Below the pieces are notes generated by a model that ran no database searches, was not told the DNA's origin, and was given only the letters and a program-made list of their open reading frames with translations. A stretch of DNA of 62,678 bases, the filler included, from Platydemus manokwari (lineage: Eukaryota), in assembly GCA_037951405.1 (NCBI GenBank). It is 6 parts of 6 records of this genome, joined end to end, with 100 filler letters (N's around TTAATTAATTAA, not from the genome) between each part and the next. Parts side by side here need not be neighbours in the genome. Positions count along the whole stretch, not along the records: positions 53,677 to 62,678 come from JBBMOY011315872.1; 5 more parts are not named here. One strand, given 5' to 3'. Shown one piece after another: positions 53,677-62,678 of the stretch. How positions within the stretch are numbered: the first letter of the stretch is position 1; each line of letters opens with the position of its first letter. The position numbers and the translations under genes are program-made.

Positions 53677-55385
53677 CTTCTCGGTTCGATTTGGGACTAA
53701 CAGATTTGGTGAAACACGAGATCCGTACAAAAGGGGAACCTATTGCTCAGAACTCCAGAAGGCAGCCTATAAATTTAGAAACCAAAATTCAAGAATTGAT
53801 AGAAAATCTTCTCGAAAGTAATGCCATAACACCTTGCAAGAGCCCTTGGAACTCTCCTTTGGTCGTGGTTCCTAAGAAAGATGGATCGATCAGGACGTGT
53901 TTAGACTTCAGAAAATTAAACGAACAGACTGAGAGGTTTTCTTTTCCGGTACCTGACATTCAGAAGTTATTGGACTCAGTATATGGAGTGACAGTTTTCT
54001 CCACGATAGATTTATCAGGTTGAACTTGAGGAAGATTCTAAAATGAAAACGGCGTTCAGCACAAAAACTGGGCAGTTCTGTTTTAACAGACTACCTTTTG
54101 GATTATGTGCCTCGCCAGCAACGTTTCAGAGTCGAATGAATACTATATTCAAGAACTTGATTTACAAAGGCGTTCTTGTTTATCTGGACGATATTTTAAT
54201 GTATGGAAGAACGGTAGAGGAACACAATGAAAAACTTGAAAAGGTATTCAGGTTGATTAAATCATAAGGTTTGAAAATAAATCCCGAGAAATGCACTTTT
54301 GGCACAAGAAAATTGAATTTCCTGGATCATGCGGTCAGTGCAGAAGGTATGCAAACTAATGACGACAAAGTAAAGAAAATTAAGAAAGTAATTAAACCTG
54401 ATTGCATTACTCAGTTGAGGTTTTTCCTATGATTATGCAATTATTACAGAAGATTCATCAAAGACTACGCATTAATTACGGCTCCGTTATATGCGATGAT
54501 GACTGGAAGTGAGAAGAAATTGGAGTGAAGTACAGAGTGCGGGGAAAATTTTGGAAACCTAAAGGAAAAATTATGCACAGCTTCGATTTTGGCCTTTCCG
54601 AATCCAAATAAAGAGATGATTTTAGACACCAACGCTAGTTTCGGAGCAATTGGAGGCGTTCTAAGCCAGCTGGATGACAATGGAAAATAGAGAGTAGTAG
54701 CCTTTGGTTCTAAAACTCTTAACGTCATGAAAAAGGTTATTGCGTTACGAGGAAAGAGCTTTGTTGGGAAAGAAATTTGTGACTCGCACTGATAACAAAG
54801 GTTTGACCTACATGAAGAAAACTAACAAACCGATTTGCCCTCAATTTCAAACTTGGTTTGCAAACTTATACGGATTCAATTTTGAACTGCAATATCGGAA
54901 AGGAACAGCAGATGGACTCTCAAGAATAGGCGAAGCATTTTGTTCAGAATGCTTAACTCAGCACCAAGATACTGTCGTTGGTTCCATTCGAAAATGGTTA
55001 AGGAAAACAGAAGCAGAAGTCAATTCAGCTGTCAAGAAAAGCAATTATTTTAACAGTTTAGAGAAATATGAATTGTTTGAAGATATTGTGGTATATAATG
55101 AGAATAGAAAGAAGTGAATTGTGGTGCCAGAGGTTTATTAGCAGAAACTTACGAGATACCTTCATGAGGAGTTGTGTCATATTGGTAATAAGAAATTGGT
55201 CGATTATATTCAAAAAATTTACTTCTGGCCAAATATGTCTCGAACCATCGATCATGAAGTACGAAATTGTGATACTTGTGCTAAACGGAAGGTATATACT
55301 GGACGGACTAAAGAGATTATGATTCCCAGGGAAGAGTTTGGGCCTTTGGAACAGATCGTTGTTGATGTTGCGCACACTGGGCACG
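53677..55385 (+). mobile_element. Ty3/gypsy LTR retrotransposon pol (RT-RNaseH-integrase N-terminus), inactivated
   Basis: SPWNSPLVVVPKKDGSIRTCLDFRKLN, KTAFST...RLPFGL, VYLDDIL, FL*LCNYYRRFIKDY, ILDTNAS..AIGGVLSQ, RTDNKGL, and an H..LCH...CDTC zinc-binding motif. Order RT-RH-INT; many stops and frameshifts; truncated at the integrase core. Confidence 0.95.
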
Positions 55386-55584
55386 TAATAATCTACTTCT
55401 TCTAAATTACTCACCATATTTTCTAAAATTTAACAAATCAATTACTTCCCAGCCAAAACCTCGAAGAATTGAGTGCATAAAAAGGATATCGAAAACAGCT
55501 GGAGAAGGAAGTTAGATAAAAAATGTGATTTGTTTTAATATGAAAAACAAACGCGTCCCTGGAAATCAAGAATAATTTGATGTG

Positions 55585-55790
55585 GACATAATTTTTGTGT
55601 GGGCATTCGTTACGATCGTCATAGATGCGCACTATTCTCCTCGGACAATTGTAACTAGACTTTCTGGTGAAATGACATTCTCTGAACGAATTACCTTCTT
55701 TTTCGCATATCAAATATTTATTCCGAAGTGAACATTCAAACTTCCGATGTCCAAGCTGACCACAGTAAAAACAAGCTCCAGGTTTCAAAT
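55585..55790 (-). mobile_element. Retrotransposon gag nucleocapsid fragment (CCHC zinc knuckles)
   Basis: CFYCGQLGHRKFEC (intact CX2CX4HX4C) followed by a degenerate YLICEKEGNSFREC. Confidence 0.75.
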
Positions 55791-55810
55791 AATCACCACA
55801 TAGTGTAGGT

Positions 55811-55849
<39 letters not shown>

Positions 55850-55969
55850 GCTGGTGTTATTACTATGTCATTCCTTTGCTGACAATAAATAATAAAAATT
55901 TATTAGAATAACCAAACAGCTGAGGATAAAAAAGTTTTTGATTGAAATACAAATATGAAGCAATTTAAT

Positions 55970-56616
55970 AATGTAGAGGCTAGCACCTAACTATGATCAA
56001 CATAAACTCAAATATCAATCTCCCCAAATATATCAAGTCTGACTCCAATAATACAAAGCCATTTGGGCAATGCAACCCCCAATCTGATAATCAACACTTC
56101 CAAATTTATATATCATTCAAAAGGATCACAAGAACCCTAAATAGGTCAACACACACGAATCCGATAAACACATATGTCGCCAACCAATCGGATTCGTTCT
56201 AATTTTAATCCTTATTTAAAAGCTAATAAGCGACAGGCATATATTTACGAATGATAGGAAGCTCAAATGGCATGATAGATGTAAGGAAAATCTCAAGTAA
56301 ATCGATCGACGAATAAATTCAGCAAATGAAAAACGAAGATTCTCAGCATCAAGCAGACACACCCGACAGGTTTATACAAGAGGTTTAGTTCCATAGATTT
56401 CTGCCAGTCTCTTTTAGTCGGTAACTTCAGTGCTTAACTTATGTGCGTTTTTAGTAATCAGTCTTGTTTATTACTCTCCATTCTGGTTTGACTTTGAATC
56501 CCGTCTTGACTGATTTTCTTTTTGAATTTTGTAAAGATTTGTAGTTGTTGTTGTTAAGCCTTTGAATGTAATATTTCACCTAATACAGATCTAAATTGTT
56601 GATTGATAACCCAACA
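55970..56616 (-). repeat. Dispersed LTR-like repeat, copy 2
   Basis: Starts TGTTGGGTTATC on the minus strand; homologous to 9007-9530. The lower boundary is tentative. Confidence 0.7.
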
Positions 56617-58059
56617 TACTTAATAATGGCATTGCAATGTCAAATATCCTTCAAGCTATCGCCGTTACCGAAGTTGGACCCAATCATTTGCAACTGTAAT
56701 GCTATTGTCACTGTTTTGTTCCTTTTTTCTTTCTTAAAATACACTTTTCTAATCATGTCTCATTTTATTTTTTATTGATTTCTCATGCAAGACATAGCAG
56801 GGTATCTTTAACTTTACAAATTATGTATTCTATACAATAAAGAAGTTGATAGAGATATCATTGTAAATTTTGTAAAGCTGAGTCGAAAGATTTTCTTTTT
56901 TATTATTATTGTGACAAATTAATCACTATTATCTGCCCTTTATAATTTTTCGATATCTAATTTACGTATCAATATTTGGTTTTCATCATTCATTAAGAAT
57001 TTTTATCAAATTTCATTTGTCTAAATCGATTAATTATAAAAAATACCAAAACTTTATGAATTTATCAAATACTCTGAGACAAAAATTGATCAGGAAATAA
57101 TAATCATTAATAAATAGATGGATGTTGGATTTAATTAGATTTTCTTTACAAATTTTATAGATAAGACGAGTGCAGTTAAAAAACTATAATAATACAAACA
57201 ATAAACGCCCGAAAAGTGATTAGGATTTGAGAAATGATATTCGGTATTGCTGGGTTTTTTTTACAAATTATTTAATATTAATTTGTCACATTTTCACTGG
57301 ACAATTTTGTAATAAAGACTTGTTTTATCGAGGCCATTCAAATTTATCATAGAATATTAGTTAGTAGTGTATCGTTCATTTTCAATTTTTTTAATCAATT
57401 TTTTGAGTTTTTATATTCATTTCTTGAGCTTTTGTACACTAGTTGCTATTCATCTCTTTATGTCTAATTTTTATTATCATTCGACTGTAATTCAATGCTT
57501 CTCAGCTCTTGATTCTTTTTTAAATTTCAAATTGACTTAAATTGGTATAATTTACTTTTCAGTTTTATTTTACTGTACAAAATGACAACTGAGTGACGTT
57601 ATAAAAATGTTAACTCACGAATAATTTTTCATTTGCGTGTTTTTCTAAACAATATTTTTTGGATAATTTGTAAAACTATTTAATTAAAACTTGATAAAGG
57701 TACAATTTATAAAAGTATTGTACGACTGAATAGTATTAGAGATAATGCAACCGTAACAAACTCATGTAAAATGTTAGAGAGCGATACATCAAACATAGAC
57801 ACTGCTATTATTTTCCAAAAATATTATTTTAGTCTTCACATAGTCTTACATTGCTTTACTATAAATGAAAATTTCTCCTTTAATATATACGAGAGATTAA
57901 ATAACCAAATTTATTAAAAATAAACTTTTTAAAGTAATCTGCATTTATTCATAATATATAGATTTCATTATTGTAGAATGAAATTGTCTCAATAATATAA
58001 TCAACTTGAAAAGATATGTCAATCATTATAATAACGCATTCAATATTTTTTACAAATCC

Positions 58060-58540
58060 TTAAAAATCACATCGAAGCTAGACAACAATATTTATTAATC
58101 CGTGTTACCACATCTATAAAGATACACTAAAATTTTAATATTGTTATCCAAAGTACTTTATTGAATTTCATAGGTTCATCACTTTTCATATAACAAACAC
58201 CAACTATCTGAAATTAGGTATTTTAATAAAAAGTTAAAGACAGTTTTTTTCCTAAAATTTAATACAAATATAAAAATAAGTAGTTACCATAAAAGAACAC
58301 CTTTATCATCATTAAAATCTCCTTTACGTACACTAATATGAATGAAATTTATACCATCGTATATAATTGATTATAAAATTCATTTATTAGGTCAAATTTT
58401 TACTAAATAAAATGTAATTGTAAAAAACTACCATTCGTATCGAAATACACTAAATTAAATAATTTGATGTGGATAAACAATACAACTAGCTCATGAAAAG
58501 CAATAAAGAATGTCCATATTTCAAATTGAATTGGGAAAAA
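58060..58540 (-). CDS. Candidate micro-exon gene encoding a small Cys-containing peptide (start unresolved)
   Basis: Seven exons (58540-58487, 58449-58432, 58332-58288, 58251-58242, 58207-58157, 58126-58109, 58077-58060) joined by GT-AG introns of 37, 99, 36, 34, 30 and 31 nt give one open frame. Confidence 0.4.
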
Positions 58541-59447
58541 CTGAAAGCAACAATGAATTAAATTAAGAGAAAATTTGTAAGCATTAATTTGTGGGATTGC
58601 TATTGTTTGTTTTTATTCAATCAGATATTTGATTTTATTAAAATATGTTCTTTATGCAACATTCTTCATGTAATGCCATGGTGTAACTGTTAGATTTTAT
58701 GTTGGATTGATTTATTAGTTTTTAAGTGTTCTACAAATGTCAGTTTGCTTATTAAACTTTATGGTTATTTGGTTTCAAGTAAATAATCTTTTTATAAAAA
58801 TCAGAGTCTATTAAATAAGTTCATATTTATTAAAACTAGTAAATTAATACAATTTATACTAAAATAAGTTAATTAAACATAAAATAAGTAAACGACTATT
58901 ACAAATAATTTTATCCTCAAATTGAAATGAATTTTCTACTTTCTACAAGTTTTTTATGCTCAGCAATTTTACGATCCGATTATAAGTTTAAATAATCATA
59001 AACGATTACAAAAAATATTAAACTTTTATTAATTAATAATTATTCGAAAATTCCTTAATAGACACACAATCACTTAATTAGAATAATTAAGAACAAAATG
59101 TATAAATTTTCATGTATTTTCAAATATTGGCACTTTAAGTAATTCGTAAGTTGTTCTATATATTGGGTTATTTTGACTGATTTTAGTCGTCTCACTTAGT
59201 CCATCATTTGAAATGAATTATCATAATTTTGTTTTTAAATATGAATTATTTGGATAATTTTTTCTTCCATAATTATAAAAACTTGAAAAATTCACAGTGA
59301 ATTATTTATTGGATTTATTTTTTCAATATATTGTTAAGTGATCAAAATCTTTGAAAAAACTACCTTTTGCTAAATTTTATTCCTTTAGCTCTTATCCTTG
59401 GGGCCTTTCAGGAGAAATAGTTGCAATGATGATGATGGTCACTTTAT

Positions 59448-59496
59448 GATACTGAGAGTATCTTATTTCGGCCTTTCACGGTCTCATCAGTGCATC
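59448..59496 (-). ncRNA. Hammerhead-ribozyme-like core (probably degenerate)
   Basis: Minus strand reads CTGATGA-GACC-GTGAAA-GGCC-GAAA-TAA-GATACT-CTC-AGTATC-ATA. Core boxes, stem II (one mismatch) and a stem-III-like hairpin are present; stem I partner not found. Confidence 0.35.
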
Positions 59497-62400
59497 GAAT
59501 CAGGAACTCAAAGAAATTTAGAAAATAGCTATTAGTTAATATACTAATTTAGAGACCAATTTATCAAGTAATCCAAATCCAGGATTACTATATTATGGCT
59601 AAAAATCTAAGCAAAACTTGACAGGATTTTAATGCGCTGACAAGCAATAAATTTTGACGCATTATTGACGTCAGAATAAATCTCGTTGGAGTACAAAATC
59701 TTGAAGAAATCCAATTCATAATGGATTGCAGATTTCACTATAAGGATGGTGGACAATCGTGGCGCTATCGGATAATTAATTAAAAATAATATTTATATTA
59801 TAATTAATTATAACTAATCATAATTATTGTATAAAGTACATCTTATCAACTAGTATAAATAGTTGAAAAATAGAATATAAAATTACACGAAATTATTGTT
59901 TGAATTTATTTGATACCAAGTATGCTGGTAATATTTTATTTTACATTATGTTTTCATGTTTAGGGTGCCAACTGCGTACGCACTGGGCAACCAATTTTAA
60001 ATAGATTTTGTGCCGTATATTATTTGTTTTAATCAAATAAACATTATTGTTTCATTTTGTTTTAACTTCCTCTCTATATTATAACAGCTATATATTATAA
60101 CAACTATATTATAAACACCTTATATAACAATATAATGGATAAAATCTATTTGTAGCAATCTATTATTGAAAAATAATTTATGTTTACATGAATTTATTCT
60201 GATTTTTACACTCAAAGTAATGATTTATTGTTCAGTTTTAGAAAAGATTTCTGACGTGTTGGTTACTGAATATAAGTTCTTTGCTGTCTGGTGCCATAGT
60301 TTTATCCTTTTCAATAATTCAGAAAGCAGTGAATAATTATGTATACATTTATTTTTTAATTTATATTTTATTTAATAAATATCTTGATATTTTCAGGAAA
60401 AATATCAATCCTATCTTCATGTGTCATATCATTCTTGTATCATAGAATGAAAGCAATAACTTTGATTATTGATAGGAATTAGTTGGAGAATAGAAGTAAT
60501 AGCCTATGAGTATCAAAATTATTTGATATTTTGTGAGGAATAATAATTTCACATATCCATCATTTATGATAATTATTGCTCTTTGAAATTACTCTTTTAT
60601 TATTAATATTCTTTCATAAAATTAATTTGTGTTACTGCTGCTGATAACTACCGAAAGTTACCTATACTGATTATCTAACTCATTCCAGCTATTTTATTTT
60701 CTATGCTACTTACTAGTTTCCGTAAATGTAGATGAATTGTGTTATCTCATTCTTGGATATCTATCTGAGCTTCAATTTCATTTATTGAATTATGGGAAAT
60801 TTTACAGTGCTATCAAATTACTTTTACACTTTTGAGCCTAGTGAGCGCGGATGTATTAATGTATTTTTCTGCATTATCTCAATATTTTTCATTATATTCC
60901 GTTGGATATTTCATTAATTCTTTTAACATAAAGCAAAATTTTTTCCTATTTCGACATGAATAACTGAAAGAAATTGATGTAAAATTAGACTTCAAGACAA
61001 TAATGATATTTAGTGGCAGTGTTACAACGTCTCTTACATATCATCATGTTCTTTACTGGAAACCAATATTTATTTGAAGAAAAACTACAGACTAAAATTT
61101 ATTTGAGCCTAAACATAAGTGTCTTCACGACGCAGTGACAGAAGGTCTCAAGTCTACTTTGATTGGTTCTAATGTTCATCATTCTGAAAGTTTTTCTATG
61201 TAGATTTCCCTAATTTGCTATTATAATTTGCTAGTTAACGTCATTGGTTTTCAGTGATTTAACACTAATTGGAAAGCTCACATCCGTGACGGGATTTTTA
61301 AATTTTTTCCAAATCGGTATGAACTTTGTACGTTGACAACGGCCCATCAGCAAAGTGGTAATTAAGAAACCGATATAAATGTGTTATGTGATTTGTCCAG
61401 AATATTTGGCAGGATATTCCTATTATTAGAGTCCCTGGATCCAATTACTCGAATGTGGATTACGTATAGGCTAGTGATATGGAGTTTTCTTTCTGATTTC
61501 CTCGCAATTTTCTGGTATTTTACATTGTCCAATGCCAATGTCTTTCAAAGTTGTCGATATTTTCGAACGATATTTTCTGATCCAAGATACGCGATTGGAA
61601 TTTAATCTTAATCCTGACAATAAGATTTGGTCTGAGTTTAGTACTTGATTTCGGTACAGTAGTGACGATATCGGTGTCCTAGCCTAGTGATTGTATGTAA
61701 TTCCAATGATGGTCAAGTAAGATAATAAGTCTTTTAGAGGCTAAACCTATTACAGATGAACAATGCATGGATATATGCACCATCTATATCTTGTTACTCA
61801 ATACAATATCTTGAAAAACGTATCCAAAATTTAGTTTTCAGTTACCAGTTTGCCATCTTTACATCGGTATTTATACTCGTTATTTGTGTGTAACTTTGTG
61901 TCAAGTTTGTATCACATTTAGATTTGATTTTTACTTTCCCGTGTTTCCATTAGACATATTTGTATGTGCGGGAATGATCAATCCCTATTTGTTTGTTGTT
62001 GTGTAAATATATCCCTTTAAAAAATGATCGTTGTACATTTAAGTAAAGTATATTTATTTCATCGCTAGTATGACTGTCTAGGTGTGTAAATGCTTAAAGT
62101 GCTAAAGTAAAAGTTCTAAAGTGCAAATCTGTTTTGCAAAACTTTGGTTTGACTCAAGAATAATATAAAGTAAAATAAAAATTGTAGATGCTTGTATGTT
62201 TGTTGGGCTTTGGGGTCTATGAAAATTATTTTACCATTAATTGCATGTATGTACAATTTTTATTTTTGCATGAAAAACATTTTTTTATGAAAATTCCGGG
62301 GAATTTCGTAACTGACGGGAATATAATATAGCAATACATATAATATAATATAATATATAGTTTAAGCTCCAATTTATAATCCCTATAAATAATAAGAAAC

Positions 62401-62678
62401 CCAGCAATGATATAATACAATTAAATACATTAAAATTACTTTTTAATAAATTCACCGATTAAAACAAAACACATAGTGAATTTATCTATGAAATAATTCA
62501 GCGCAATAAAATATCCAGCTGAAATAAAATAATATCCATGCATTAAATAAAATGATAGCCATGGATTAAATAAAATAAATAACCGTGGATTAATATTCGC
62601 AGAGAAATTCTCTCTGGCTTAGTGGAATTAATTTCAGAGAATTTCTCTCTGCCACGATAAATCATAGTGCATTAAATG

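Noticed and set aside
59961-59993. GC-rich hairpin TAGGGTGCCAAC...GGGCAACC
   Set aside because: Looks like juxtaposed hAT-type termini; too short to support a call.
60470-60920. Possible class A GPCR pseudogene ('NYC...ICVTAADNYRK...ILII*LIPAILFS')
   Set aside because: Cys-to-DRY spacing is off, many stops, and hydrophobic runs are expected in AT-rich DNA.

Overview
Very AT-rich eukaryotic genomic DNA with short GT-AG introns. A planarian-like invertebrate fits the intron sizes and transposon mix, but that is inference only. The window consists of about six contigs joined by 100-bp N-TTAATTAATTAA-N spacers, so adjacency across spacers is unproven. Host genes: the 3' three exons of PIG-F (15288-15866), a secreted Thr-rich mucin-like gene with a cationic amphipathic C-terminal tail (52004-53258) and its frameshifted, divergently oriented paralog (48226-48661), and two or three intronless orphan ORFs (16.4-23.5 kb). 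Most other recognisable sequence is decayed mobile DNA: at least 8 Merlin (ISXO2-like) copies, an internally deleted hAT with TIRs and an 8-bp TSD, Tc1/mariner fragments, a Polinton-type protein-primed DNA polymerase B, an RLE-type non-LTR fragment, a Ty3/gypsy pol with an inverted gag piece, and LTR-like repeats. The best novelty candidates are a hand-built micro-exon gene model (58060-58540, minus), the mucin with an antimicrobial-peptide-like tail, and a hammerhead-ribozyme-like core (59448-59496, minus). All alignments and translations were done by eye; remnant boundaries are approximate.
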